From a virus (taxonomy: Duplodnaviria; Caudoviricetes): a DNA stretch of 64,000 nucleotides. How positions within the stretch are numbered: position 1 is the stretch's first letter; each line of letters starts with the position of its first letter. Where the stretch lies: positions 1 to 64,000 of IMG/VR virus record IMGVR_UViG_3300020577_007160. The stretch is one strand, 5' to 3'. The translations under genes and the position numbers were made by a program. The notes beneath the pieces were generated by a model. It was not told the DNA's origin. It saw nothing but the letters and a program-made list of their open reading frames with translations, and ran no database searches. Below, one piece after another: positions 39,417 through 50,354 of this stretch.

Positions 39417-39806
39417 TTACTCGAAGGTATTTATAAAATATAATAAAATACTTAAGTCATATTCACCACTATCAATAGCAGAGGGGATGTCCCTGTCATA
39501 GAGTACCCACGTATCTCCTAAGTCAGGATAAAGTAAAATTTCTAATTCAAATTTTTCAGTTGGGGAAGATATAATAAAACATATTTCTCCACTTGGTCCA
39601 ATATAACTTCTTATAAAATTTAGATTTAAAGAATCTAACCAATCTATTAACTGTAAAGACCTATCAATTAATTCTATTGGAGGTACAATACCACATGGGG
39701 ATATAGGGGAATATTCTGGATCATACCAGATCTCATCAATCTTTTCTTGGGTTAATGTACGTAAATTATCAACGTACTTTCTTATAAAATAATTATGAGT
39801 TCTCAT
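39417..39806 (-). CDS. Hypothetical protein, distant member of paralogue family F
   Basis: PPIELIDRSLQLI...SYIGPSGEICF. Confidence 0.45.
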   Translation of the reverse strand: MRTHNYFIRKYVDNLRTLTQEKIDEIWYDPEYSPISPCGIVPPIELIDRSLQLIDWLDSLNLNFIRSYIGPSGEICFIISSPTEKFELEILLYPDLGDTWVLYDRDIPSAIDSGEYDLSILLYFINTFE

Positions 39807-40401
39807 TGAAACTCTTCTAAATCTTGAATGGATTGAAGACGCTTTGGCTCAGGTAAGAATGGTAACCAGAGATATATTCTGTGATATTGTAATACTTCAA
39901 AAAATTTCTTATTCATTTCTCTTTTAAAATCTTCTATTTTAGAATATTTTTCTTCATACTCTTCTTTGGAAGAAGAACTATCTAATAGATAGAACAACTC
40001 TTTTGGAGTTATTCCGCTTTCCTGTTCTTTCAAATATTTTAAGAATATTGAAGGAATAGAATAAGAAATAAACTGAATCTTAAAATTCTTGTCTTTTAAA
40101 GAATGTAATAATTGGATACCTCTTTCCAGTTGATAAGAATAATAGAAACAGGTGTCACATAAAAATTCTTGACCATCTGGAAATTGATTGAATTTTTGTA
40201 ATGTAGAAGTTAAATTTTCTGGATAAAATAATTCACTGGTATTTAATAGTGTATAATCAATATTAAAAGACTTAAGATATCGTTGGAGTCTTTCTGGGAT
40301 ATCTACTTCAAATCCATTTTCTAAAATAATTGTTTTCATTTGATCTCATTCATACAATATAATCTATATGAATACAGAACGTTGAATCTTCTATAAAAAG
40401 A

Positions 40402-40427
40402 AAATGCTCTTTTCACAAAGAGCATTT
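40402..40427 (-). terminator. Intrinsic terminator
   Basis: AAATGCTCTTT-TCAC-AAAGAGCATTT; abuts promoter at 40376. Confidence 0.8.
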
Positions 40428-40700
40428 CATCAAACTAATTGTCTTGGTTTTATTGATCAAGTTCTACAATTATAAAACTTTTACTATTCTTCAGGATTAG
40501 CATGATTATCATTATCCTTATTCTTTTCTTCTTTATTTGGCATTCTTACAAATTTGTAACGACTCAATATTCTCATTGCTCTTCGTTTTGAAGACCCTGG
40601 AATATCTGAACTATTATTTAGTTTGTTAAATACCCAAAGAATATCTTCTGGATATTTATCCAGTTCTTCTTTTTCAATTTTAGTTAGTATTTTCATAGGA

Positions 40701-41087
40701 TTAAAATGTTAATGCAACAGCGTTGCATAAAATGTGAAGAATATTATCTACTATAATCAGTAGCCAAATTGACATGAAATCAGGTTTGTTTGATGAGAAC
40801 CCAGTTTTGCTACATTCCTGCCAGGTAAGCCAATCTGACCTCGGAGACAGAAAGTTCTTGACAAAGATCAAATACCTTGCTACGCGGAATCTATCAACCA
40901 AAAAATGAGTTCCTACTATAAAACTCAAAGAGTAAACATTTTGAGTTAAAAATAAAAATGGAATGGAATAAGTTAAAGCATGAATAAATGCTACTAGAGA
41001 ACTTGAAATTTTCCTTGTAGCCATCCAATCAGATTGAAAAATGTAGTCACCAATTAAATGACAAACAATTTGATTTGCAGTAAACAT
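40701..41087 (-). CDS. DUF3307-family membrane protein
   Basis: HLIGDYIFQSDW, HALTY, HFLVD and DNILH His/Asp motifs in hydrophobic helices. Confidence 0.75.
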   Translation of the reverse strand: MFTANQIVCHLIGDYIFQSDWMATRKISSSLVAFIHALTYSIPFLFLTQNVYSLSFIVGTHFLVDRFRVARYLIFVKNFLSPRSDWLTWQECSKTGFSSNKPDFMSIWLLIIVDNILHILCNAVALTF

Positions 41088-41110
41088 TTACAATCCTTAA
41101 GTGTAATATT

Positions 41111-41737
41111 TTATTTAAATATTGTTCTCAAAGTTTCATGAAAAACATCATTTGGAGTTTTTCCATCAACACAAATCAAATTAACAATCAGATTTTCATT
41201 CTCATAAAAAGAATACATAGTCTTTTCAGAAAAAAGATGAAGATATTCTTCATGTAATTCCTGTCTTTTTTCTAACGGCATTGAATCATTAGGATCATCA
41301 TCCCCTCGTGTTGACGCAAAATCCGGATAACCTTTATCCGAATAAAGGTAAATTATAACATCAGGTTTTGGTGGTGATGGATCCATCCACATGAATTCCA
41401 TGTCAAGTTGCCGATGCCAATCAGAATAAATCAATGAACTATAAAAATAACGATCACAAATAATATAATCAACTGAATTTTTAATTTTCTTGATTTCAAT
41501 ATATGTTAATCCATGAGATAAGGCATGAGCAAGATCTCGAACATATTGAGTCGTATTCTCAAAATCTTTTGTAAGATTTCTTAAATAAGAAAAATCTGAA
41601 GACGGAAAATTAAAAAAGGCAGACTTAGAAGCAAACCATGATTTCTTTAAGTTCTCAATTAGTGTTGACTTACCAACTTTATCCAAACCTTCAATAACAA
41701 TAAATTTTTTCATATTAATTTTGAGTATGAAATCCAA
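41111..41737 (-). CDS. tmk: Thymidylate (dNMP) kinase
   Basis: IVIEGLDKVGKST P-loop, FP motif, ICDRYFYSS, PKPDVIIYL; likely start MKKFIV. Confidence 0.85.
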   Translation of the reverse strand: MDFILKINMKKFIVIEGLDKVGKSTLIENLKKSWFASKSAFFNFPSSDFSYLRNLTKDFENTTQYVRDLAHALSHGLTYIEIKKIKNSVDYIICDRYFYSSLIYSDWHRQLDMEFMWMDPSPPKPDVIIYLYSDKGYPDFASTRGDDDPNDSMPLEKRQELHEEYLHLFSEKTMYSFYENENLIVNLICVDGKTPNDVFHETLRTIFK

Positions 41738-42938
41738 ATATTTTTTGTTCCTTCGAATTATCGAGAACGTCTAACAAAGGCATAAAATTATTCTTTTTAG
41801 CATAAATATCTGAAACAGAAATAGACTTATTTTCAACATCAAAATCTAAAGAATAAAGTTCATTAAATTTCTTAATTTGTTTTGAAGATAAGTATCCAAA
41901 ATACTTCTGAGAAATTAACCTATTTGAACGAAGAAATGCTGGATCAATCGTTGATATTTCTGTATTAAAAGTCAAAATAGTTTGAACGTTGAAAATATCA
42001 TTTAAAACACCACTCGATAAATTGAGCAATACCCCAACACCAGAAGAGTTTGACTCCATTCTGTTTATTACTAATTTCTCACAATCTTCCAAAATCAAAA
42101 GAATATTTTTATTTTTCTGTGATGCTTCCTGACATATTCCCTGTAAAAATTCAAGGAATTCTGGTCTCATTAAATTCTCTGCCATATCGTAAGAAATATA
42201 AAAAACCATCTTGGAAGATGTTAATTCTTTTATTAGATTCTTTAATAAGAAGGTTTTACCAGAACCAGGAACTCCATTTAAAATAACTAGACCTTTGTTG
42301 GTACTTTGGAGTCTCTGTTTCAATTCAGAATAATATTCTGAAAATCCATTCCCATAATGGAGATCTAATTCTTTAAATTCTTCAGAATTTAATCGAACAG
42401 AAGATCTACTCAACCCACCAGTAGAGTTAAGAGTTACAAGACTTATTTCATAAGAATCATTAGTTATTTCTGCCAATGAAAAATAAGATTTAAACGTTTC
42501 TTTGAGAAACTCTTTATAAGAGGAAATACTCTGAAGTGCATCAGGATTAAAATAAATCTTTATTTCACTAAATAAAATTTTTGAATCGGATTCAAAGTAA
42601 CAAAATTTATAATAAAAATTATTACAAGAAGATCTATAAATCTGAACAATTGATTCATTTTCCTCGTCTGAAGAAATTAACGTAGATTCCCCCAAGAACG
42701 AATTCAACTTGGGATGAACAGTCTCTAACTTATCAAAAATTTCTTGAAATGATATTTCTGAAAATTGAATATGATTTAAGGAAGAGTTCTTAAATCTTAA
42801 AATTGAAGGAAAACTATTAAAATTATCAAAGTATTCTGACAATACAGGGTATAATGTTGGAAATGACCAAGAGGTATGGTCTTCCTGAACTACCGGAAGT
42901 AATTCTGTTAAAAAATTACTTATGAATTCTTTCTTCAT
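41715..42938 (-). CDS. AAA+ ATPase (BCS1-like C-terminal domain)
   Basis: Walker A GVPGSGKT, Walker B LLILEDCE, LLNLSSG, SRH-like IDPAFLRSNRL. Confidence 0.85.
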   Translation of the reverse strand: MKKEFISNFLTELLPVVQEDHTSWSFPTLYPVLSEYFDNFNSFPSILRFKNSSLNHIQFSEISFQEIFDKLETVHPKLNSFLGESTLISSDEENESIVQIYRSSCNNFYYKFCYFESDSKILFSEIKIYFNPDALQSISSYKEFLKETFKSYFSLAEITNDSYEISLVTLNSTGGLSRSSVRLNSEEFKELDLHYGNGFSEYYSELKQRLQSTNKGLVILNGVPGSGKTFLLKNLIKELTSSKMVFYISYDMAENLMRPEFLEFLQGICQEASQKNKNILLILEDCEKLVINRMESNSSGVGVLLNLSSGVLNDIFNVQTILTFNTEISTIDPAFLRSNRLISQKYFGYLSSKQIKKFNELYSLDFDVENKSISVSDIYAKKNNFMPLLDVLDNSKEQKIFGFHTQN

Positions 42939-43337
42939 TTATTTTTAATACTGAAGGAAAATACTTTAGAAAATAAAGATTTAAAAAATGTAGGTTTCAA
43001 TTTTGGTTTAGGCGATGGAATAGAATACGAATGTAATTCATAGGATTCTTTATTAGGAAAATTAATTTTAATGTTACCAATAACAACATTAAATCCTGTA
43101 TATCTCTGCTGTTGCTTAGGAATATTGGTAGGAATTAAAGACTTCAAATCATTTAAAAATTTAGAAGAAATTGTTGATATAAGATATATTTCTTCTATTG
43201 AAAGATTAATATTCCCGATTATAGATTCTAATTCTTTCTTATAAGAATCTTCTAATAATTCAATGTTTGATTTCATTTAGAAAAATTTAGTGACTGAATA
43301 ATTATTGATTAGAACGTTGTACTAAAATTAAAAAAGA

Positions 43338-43367
43338 AATTGCCTAGTATTAAAATACTAGGCAATT
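43338..43367 (-). terminator. Intrinsic terminator
   Basis: AATTGCCTAGTATT-AA-AATACTAGGCAATT; abuts promoter at 43311. Confidence 0.8.
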
Positions 43368-43401
43368 CAAGTTTTGTAATATTTATCTTATTGTGGCATG
43401 T

Positions 43402-43764
43402 TTAACTAATAGAACTATCCCCAAGAATCAATGCCAATTGGGCTTTATAAGGAACAACCATTGAAATCAATCCCATCTTGAAAGATAACCCACCGTCCAT
43501 TGGAACAACAGGAGCAGAAACGATAGCATCGATTATTCCAGAAACAATTGACTTCAAAATCATTACTTCCTCTTTCAAGACTACCTCACCATTCTGGTGT
43601 ATTTCATCTATTACCCCTGCAGCAATAGAATCTGCTTCCTGACGTAATTTTGACTTTACGTCCTGAATGTTTTTCTCAGTACAATCCTGAGAGATTAATT
43701 CTGGTAAAATTCTATCTTCAAGATTAGAATATATTCTATTGGATAAAGAAGATAGACTAAGCAT
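43402..43764 (-). CDS. Possible virion (baseplate/spike-associated) protein
   Basis: IAAGVIDEIHQNGEV...APVVPMDGGLSFK pattern seen in small phage structural proteins; GTTATATAG element at 44119-44127 upstream of this operon. Confidence 0.3.
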   Translation of the reverse strand: MLSLSSLSNRIYSNLEDRILPELISQDCTEKNIQDVKSKLRQEADSIAAGVIDEIHQNGEVVLKEEVMILKSIVSGIIDAIVSAPVVPMDGGLSFKMGLISMVVPYKAQLALILGDSSIS

Positions 43765-45738
43765 TGAAATTTAATTCTGGTTGAACCAATTCAATTGAAA
43801 TAATATTAGAAATTAAAGTTGAACGCTTCGTTCTAGTATTGTCTTGCTTCAATCGGTAACAACGATATGAAAACTTCTTATCATCCCAATCAATATCTGG
43901 AGACTCAATTATAAATTGCTCTGTTATTTCTGGTCTATTTCTACCTATTTTATAAGTTATTTTTACCCAGTCACCTTTCTTATAAGGTGCAGATTTAATA
44001 ACATCTTTTCTTATAATATCTTTAATTGAAGATAATGTTCCTATTTTTTCTTCAACAGAAAGATTTTTAATTTCATCAAGTAAATTCATTTCAACTCCAA
44101 GTAATAGTTTATGATTGCCTATATAACGCCTAAATTCAAGGAATCAAATCTGTTTAAAAATTTTTCAGCAAATTCAATATTTTCAGAAGACTCTAATTCT
44201 CTGTGATTTAAAATATCTTTACAAATCTCTGAACCAATTTTTAGATAAGATGGATGACTATTTTCATCAAATTTATAAATTGGTGAATACTCACAAATTG
44301 GATAATAAGGCTCATAACTTTTTAAAGATTCTTTAATTAATTTTGGATTCTTTAATCTATATTGATTGAGAGGCATACCAAATAAACTAATTTCTTTTTC
44401 TATTTTCTTCCGTTCCTCTTCTTTTTTAAATTGTTCAATATAGTCAAAAGATATGTTAACAGCAGATGCCACTTCAGGGGTATTCACGATATTTAATAGT
44501 TTCTTTTCTATCTTAAAATTTAAGATAGAATTTTTCCAATCTCCATAAATTTCCTTATTGATACCCCTTGCAACTCTTTCATAAATAAAACCATCTTTAT
44601 ATTCATACCCAGTACCAATAGTACAAAGGATATGATCCGCAATTCTACGCTTTTCTGATCCTATAAAATTATAATCTTTCAATAAAAATATTTCTTCCCA
44701 TTCCTCCCATGTCTTATTTTTCTTTAACTCTTTTGTTTCAAGAACGGAAGAAAATTGAAGTGATAACAAACTTGAACCAAAAAGAATCTTATAAAAATCA
44801 GACATGGGTAATATTTCAATCTTATTCGTAATATGAATACCAAAAGCACCATAAATCAAATTATCTTTTTCTAGATCCCCAGAATAACAACACTCAACTT
44901 TATCTAAAAAATTGTCTTCACAATACCCATATTTTTGTATTATTCCTTGATATCCATAACACAGTCTTCCGACTTGATAAAGAAAATCAAAAGAAAACAA
45001 TAACTTTGCTAATTGAGGTAAATTTTCTGATAAAGTTAAATACTTAGTATTTAATTTTACTAAATTTAAAATTTTATTCGTTACTTTGATTTCAAAATTA
45101 AACCTCATAGATTATACTGTTCCAATTTTGATATCCAAATTTTAACAAATTCCTTAAATCTGGTCTTATCAGAAGGTACTTCAATTACTGGAGGAAAATC
45201 ATCTGGTAAATCAAAAAACAACTTTGATAATGCCAGAGAAAGTTTTCCAGAAGAAAACAATGTTATTGCTTCAAACTTCGAAGCTATTGGTGCAAGGAAC
45301 AAGTAAGGCATGACGTCTAAGGTATAATTAAACCGATATCGGACTGCCATGAGGCAACCAACGAGATCAACGCAGCAGCAACGATTTAAAGGGGAAACAG
45401 AATGAAACGATGATAATGTAAACTCATAATGGTCATCATTTTCTAACTCCTCAAAACAAATCAAGGATTCTCTTAATAAAAGAGATAACTTTTTAGGGAA
45501 AAAATCAGGATATAATGAATACTGAATATCACTTTCAAATTTTCTAAAATTTTTTGGATTTAATCGCCTTCTTGAAATATCTTTTGATAAAGATTGAATC
45601 AATAAAGAATGTTCGGATATTTCCTTTGGGAATAATTCCATTGCCCTATCAGGCTTTAACTTTGCTGCTTTTTCTCTATTCATAAATCCTCTGAGTATTA
45701 AATATACTCAAAAGAACGTTCCAAATTGATTAAAATAA

Positions 45739-45766
45739 AAAGGTCTACCCAAGAAGATAGACCTTT
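45739..45766 (-). terminator. Intrinsic terminator
   Basis: AAAGGTCTA...TAGACCTTT; abuts promoter at 45713. Confidence 0.7.
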
Positions 45767-46132
45767 ACAAATTAAATCACACAATTAATTATAACATCAA
45801 TGATATCCTTTGAAAACTTAATTTTTAGAAAATTCATAATTCATAACTGAATCTTCTTTCAATTTAATAATGAACTTCCTAAGTTCATTATTATCATTTT
45901 CATATTTAATATTTAACAAAGAAATTAAACCAGCGTAACGATTTTCAACATTCAATAAAACTTCTGAAATAATTTCTATGATTTGTGGAATACTATCTCT
46001 TGGTGCTGACAATTCTCCAGATAAAATAAAATCCTCCAATAAACTTTCGAGTTCATTTTTAAATGTTGGATTTTGACAGAATCTAGGAATTTCTATTGGC
46101 ATAAAAGTACTCATATATAATACTGTATAACC

Positions 46133-46696
46133 CTACTTTGAAAATAAAGTATTCCAAATCAACTCAACATTATTTTTCTGGTCTTCTAATGTGTTACTAG
46201 GCAACAAAGTCAATTTATGAGGATAATGTTCCTCTATATTGGAATACATTGTCCTACGACCTTTAAGGAACTTATCTGATTGATTATTATCGGATCTTGC
46301 TTCTCGTCTTGAATTCAAGACATCGTCATCGACTTTTAAAATAAACAAAGAATAATCAACATTCAAAGAATCAAGAGTCTCAAAAAAATTCTGCTTGAAA
46401 AATCTATCACCTTCAAACAAAATAGTATAATCCATGAAAACATTGTTTTCAACACAGAAATGTACTAATTCTTTTATTGATTTTATAGCAATCATAGAAA
46501 GACGATCTGTTCCAGAAAATAAAACACCATCTTCATAAATCCCTAGAACAATAATTCTGGGATCTAATGTTGGATACTTATATCCTCTAAGAAGATTAAA
46601 TTTAAAATCATAACCTGTTCCTAATTTTTCTAGGATAGATTTTACTATTCCAGATTTTCCGGTTCCAGGTTCTCCACCAATACATATGAATTTCAT
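46133..46696 (-). CDS. P-loop nucleotide kinase, 5-hydroxymethyluracil-DNA-kinase-like (base-modification associated)
   Basis: IGGEPGTGKS Walker A, LGIYE..FSGTDRLSM, ILFEGDRFF, RREAR...QSDKFLKGR. Confidence 0.7.
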   Translation of the reverse strand: MKFICIGGEPGTGKSGIVKSILEKLGTGYDFKFNLLRGYKYPTLDPRIIVLGIYEDGVLFSGTDRLSMIAIKSIKELVHFCVENNVFMDYTILFEGDRFFKQNFFETLDSLNVDYSLFILKVDDDVLNSRREARSDNNQSDKFLKGRRTMYSNIEEHYPHKLTLLPSNTLEDQKNNVELIWNTLFSK

Positions 46697-46754
46697 ATAT
46701 TACATATTAATGTTTTGTACATATTGATAAGAACGTAGGAACTTGATTAAAATG

Positions 46755-46783
46755 AAAATGTCCTATTTCAAATAGGACATTTT
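46755..46783 (-). terminator. Intrinsic terminator closing cassette 2
   Basis: AAAATGTCCTATTT-C-AAATAGGACATTTT; abuts promoter at 46730. Confidence 0.8.
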
Positions 46784-46808
46784 ACAAAAACACTACCAAC
46801 AAAATAAA

Positions 46809-47348
46809 TCAAATTTTCTTATTATTCATTTTTCTACAATAAGAATATATTGTTTCCATGATATCTGGAATATCAGATTCCATCATTAAAGAATATCTTG
46901 GATATATAGTTCCTTCTATGGGGTCTGAAGTTAATCCTGTTCTCCAGATTGTTTTTCCTCCCATTTTCTTAATAACATTTTTTCCTGACCCAGAATAAGA
47001 ATCTGACCAAAGAATAGCAACGACAACACACTTTTCATCAGCTTTAATAGTTATCACTCTGTCCTTTGAATCTAAATAAGGATCTTCACCTTTCCAACCA
47101 GGATGAGGAACACCACCTTCTGGATAACGCATATGTTCACCATATGATTTCCGAAAAACAACATGTCCTCGCTTATTTCTAGCAGGAATTAAGTCATCAA
47201 CTTCATATCCCAATTCTAATATCTTTTTATAATAAATATTCTTCTTCACTAATAAGAATAATTGTTTTGAACTCATTATTGGTGAATCAGAAGATTCACC
47301 TAGAACACTTTCTTCTAATCTTGATATTCTTCTTTCGATTGAATTCAT
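46809..47348 (-). CDS. Leader-family protein 2 (putative head-packaged internal protein)
   Basis: N-terminus MNSIERRISRLEESVLGESS; identical 25-bp upstream element 47366-47390; terminator 46755-46783. Confidence 0.65.
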   Translation of the reverse strand: MNSIERRISRLEESVLGESSDSPIMSSKQLFLLVKKNIYYKKILELGYEVDDLIPARNKRGHVVFRKSYGEHMRYPEGGVPHPGWKGEDPYLDSKDRVITIKADEKCVVVAILWSDSYSGSGKNVIKKMGGKTIWRTGLTSDPIEGTIYPRYSLMMESDIPDIMETIYSYCRKMNNKKI

Positions 47349-47365
47349 TTGATTTTCCTTTTATT

Positions 47366-47390
47366 TTGTTGAATTGAAAACTATATAACT
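47366..47390 (-). promoter_or_regulatory. Putative late promoter, AGTTATATAGTTTTCAATTCAACAA (copy 1 of 4 identical)
   Basis: Exact 25-mer also at 57558-57582, 61949-61973 and 63528-63552, each 17-20 nt upstream of a leader-family gene. Confidence 0.7.
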
Positions 47391-47410
47391 AATATATATA
47401 CATTGTTGAT

Positions 47411-47683
47411 TCAGATCTCTTTATATCTTACCTTAAAAATTGAATCCTTGAAACCAATATATTCATTCATTCTAGTGCGAACTACCCAATCACCAATTTT
47501 GATTGAATAAACTCCATAAATATTAGAATTAGAATTTTGAATTCTCAATTCTGGAAAATTGGAATATACGAACGGCAACTTTCCGTGTTTTCGTTCCCAT
47601 TCTTGAAATATAAGAGTTTCACCATTCCACGGTAATGCTTCTACCTTTTCATTGGTTTCAATATCTAAATACATCATAATCAA
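47411..47683 (-). CDS. Conserved small phage protein
   Basis: VEALPWNG...GDWVVR...FKDSIFKVRY matches the common VEAxQW / GDWII / KPDIFxxTY phage family. Confidence 0.55.
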   Translation of the reverse strand: MIMMYLDIETNEKVEALPWNGETLIFQEWERKHGKLPFVYSNFPELRIQNSNSNIYGVYSIKIGDWVVRTRMNEYIGFKDSIFKVRYKEI

Positions 47684-48564
47684 AATCCTTCGGTTGTGAA
47701 AATTGAATCAAAATCTTTTGAGAAAAATCCGGATGCACCAGGATGACCACCACCTTTATATTTCTTCGCAATAGCAGAACAGTCTAAATGCCTGAACGGA
47801 GAATATAAAGAAAACTTATAACCGTTCTCTCGACGACTATAAATAACACAATAATCTATTTCTTTGTCTTCAATATAATCAAATATCAGAGAATTACCAT
47901 CTGATGTATTAATAAAAACACAAGTATTATCAATATCTTTAAATTTACCTTTAAAAGCATTCTTAGCTAAAGTTTCATATCCTCTTCTTATATATTCCCA
48001 TATGTAACTACCTACAGAACCAAACTCTTGGGAAACGATCTCAATTTGACGCTCTAATGAAATCTTTTCATAGAAATAATTTATATCATAAGGAGAAGTA
48101 AAAAAGAATCTACATCCATATTGAACAGGTAATATTATATTTTCCCATAATTCTTTCTCTGAATTTTTCCAAGTATCATACTTGGCAATGCATTGAATTA
48201 AGAATGGTACTTCTATTTCTGAGAAAAAATGTTCCCATGTTAATTCACAACCAGATTTCTTTAAATTAAGAACAGTCTTAACATATTTCAAATATTTAAA
48301 ATTCTCGATATTACTATTAAACTCTTCAATAGCGGATTTATGATGATCTATCCATATAGTTTGTAAATAAGAATTAAAACATATCTTGTCGAGAATATCC
48401 ACTGGAAAAGAAACATCACAAATAACAACAGGCTTATTTGGTTCTAATTCGGGTACTGGTTCTCCATAATCATAGGGTATTAAAATAGTCTCTGGATTAA
48501 AATAACGAACTATTGCACCAGAGAATAAACCGTCAAGATCTTTAGAATGATAAATGCAATACAT
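47680..48564 (-). CDS. DHH/DHHA1 phosphoesterase
   Basis: YHSKDLDG, ICDVSF, WIDHHKS, SGCELTW, YDTW, GGGHPGASGF. Confidence 0.9.
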   Translation of the reverse strand: MYCIYHSKDLDGLFSGAIVRYFNPETILIPYDYGEPVPELEPNKPVVICDVSFPVDILDKICFNSYLQTIWIDHHKSAIEEFNSNIENFKYLKYVKTVLNLKKSGCELTWEHFFSEIEVPFLIQCIAKYDTWKNSEKELWENIILPVQYGCRFFFTSPYDINYFYEKISLERQIEIVSQEFGSVGSYIWEYIRRGYETLAKNAFKGKFKDIDNTCVFINTSDGNSLIFDYIEDKEIDYCVIYSRRENGYKFSLYSPFRHLDCSAIAKKYKGGGHPGASGFFSKDFDSIFTTEGF

Positions 48565-49066
48565 AATTTTAAAGTAAAATAAAAGGAAATAGAACTTATA
48601 TCTCTATTTCCTTTGAAGAATCTTTTAAAAAATCATCTGCGAAATAAATTGGATAAAATCTTCCTATCAAAACACCCCATGCACCCCATATTCTATCAAA
48701 TATATTAAAATCAAGAAATCTTGGTTTTTTTATAAATGGAGTTCCGTTGTATTGGAAGGATTCAGATACAAGCGTAAGATCATCTAATAAATACGCATGC
48801 TTATATTTTCTTTTCATTTATTATCAATAAATTATAATCTACTCAACCAAGAGCATTTAATGCATTTTCGATAGCAACTGCTTGTTCTCTTGTAGCAAAA
48901 AATGTTAATACAATATTCCCTGTCAATCTATCTCTTGAAGCAGATGCCTTTGTTGCTCCATTGGCAACAGCAACTTGGAGAAATTTAGAATAATTTTGTT
49001 TACCAAAATTAAACTCAATTATGTTGGGAATATTTATATAATGTTTTCGAGACATTTAAAATGTTC

Positions 49067-49378
49067 CTACCAATTTCTGTGAGTCATATCTGCATCCGCA
49101 GGTTCTAATTCAGAAGCATCAATAGGAAAAGTTTTAGACCCAATTTTTACAATGGGACTTCCACTTTTATGGAAACTAACAATTTTTCCTCGATCACCAG
49201 TATCATGGATTATAACCTCATCCCCTAATTCAAATTCATAGCCATCATCTGGCCAATCATTTGAGGATTCTCTTATACCAATCTTTCTTTCGAGATTTGA
49301 AATCCTCTTTTCTAAGAGAGAATTATTAGAAGGAAGTTCCTGTTCAATATCTCGCAAAAATTCTGATACATCTAACAT
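49067..49378 (-). CDS. Leader-family protein 3 with C-terminal SH3/KOW-like domain
   Basis: Likely start MLDVSEF at 49378 (AAGGA SD). Contains LLEKRISNLERKIGIRESS, then FELGDEVIIHDTGDRGKIV...IDASELEP. Confidence 0.55.
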   Translation of the reverse strand: MLDVSEFLRDIEQELPSNNSLLEKRISNLERKIGIRESSNDWPDDGYEFELGDEVIIHDTGDRGKIVSFHKSGSPIVKIGSKTFPIDASELEPADADMTHRNW

Positions 49379-49406
49379 TTTAATTCCTTTTATTTGATTT
49401 AATAAA

Positions 49407-49441
49407 AGGGGATTAAAACTTGTTAAAAATTCTAATCCCCT
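49407..49441 (-). terminator. Intrinsic terminator after the structural gene
   Basis: AGGGGATTA...TAATCCCCT plus T-tract. Confidence 0.65.
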
Positions 49442-49470
49442 GCAAAGAACGATTTTCAATACTATTAAAT

Positions 49471-50334
49471 TTAAACTATCTGGAGTTCAAATTGTCCCTT
49501 TTCCGCTAACATAAGTAGCAGAGTATATTTACCTGCAAGACGTTCGATCGTTGTTCCTCCAGCGGACAAACTACCAGAGAACTGCAGGTTCAACGTCTTA
49601 CCATTGTCAGGAGAAGAGAACACAAGGTAACCTGCTTGCGTAGTAGCTGTTGATGTTATCTTAACAGACTTTACACCAGATAATTCCAAGTCCTTTTCAG
49701 CTAAAAGAATAGCTGTAGAATTTTCTAATGAATGTTTATACGTAGCAGTCATGGCTGCAGCGTTGTCAGGTGCTGAAGAAAATTGAATGACAATTTGTCC
49801 GGTTTTATAATCTATAAAACCGTAAGTGGTATTCGCTGATGTTAAATTACCATTCCCATCGTCAGTAACATTATGACCAGATGATGAAAAATTAATTGTC
49901 AATGTTACTGTTCCAGGAACAATATTTCCATAGGCAGTAGCACCTTGATATTTTGTTATTCCTGTTGCACCCGTAATGCCTGTTGTGCCAGAAGTTACTT
50001 GCGTAGGTGTTGTGAAATAATAACGATATGCTGCATTGATGGCACTGGAATTGTCAGGTGCAGTAGTGCAGGTCAGCGTCCAAGCACCTGTGACGTAGTT
50101 AAGAGTTCCTGTTACTCCTGTTCCTGTCAAAACGCCTTTACCATCGTCAGTAATTGGTACTGACGCAGCAGAAACAACTACGGTAAATGTAACAGAACCA
50201 GGAACTAACAAAGTATTAGTTGTTGTTCCTGAGAACGCTTTTAATGTGCCATTAGCTGCTGATCCGGGATTTGCCGTTGCAGCAGCTTTCGTGCGAGAAG
50301 TACCAAATGTACGTGTTGAGAATGAGTTTTCCAT
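49471..50334 (-). CDS. Virion structural protein with two tandem beta-rich repeats
   Basis: T/G/A/S-rich. Repeat 1 VPGSVTFT..TDDGKGVLT..GTLNYVTG..APDN..AAY; repeat 2 VPGTVTLT..TDDGNGNLT..GFIDYKTG..APDN..ATY. Followed by terminator 49407-49441. Confidence 0.7.
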   Translation of the reverse strand: MENSFSTRTFGTSRTKAAATANPGSAANGTLKAFSGTTTNTLLVPGSVTFTVVVSAASVPITDDGKGVLTGTGVTGTLNYVTGAWTLTCTTAPDNSSAINAAYRYYFTTPTQVTSGTTGITGATGITKYQGATAYGNIVPGTVTLTINFSSSGHNVTDDGNGNLTSANTTYGFIDYKTGQIVIQFSSAPDNAAAMTATYKHSLENSTAILLAEKDLELSGVKSVKITSTATTQAGYLVFSSPDNGKTLNLQFSGSLSAGGTTIERLAGKYTLLLMLAEKGQFELQIV

Positions 50335-50354
50335 TTTTCCTCTAATCTAAATTA

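Larger units (their letters stand above)
64..46114 (-). other. Phage accessory/early-type region: >100 short, tightly packed, co-oriented hypothetical genes
   Basis: ORF track shows nearly contiguous 60-300 aa minus-strand ORFs, many with overlapping stop/start codons. They are punctuated by a recurring promoter-like motif and hairpin terminators, and few have recognisable domains. Confidence 0.85.
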
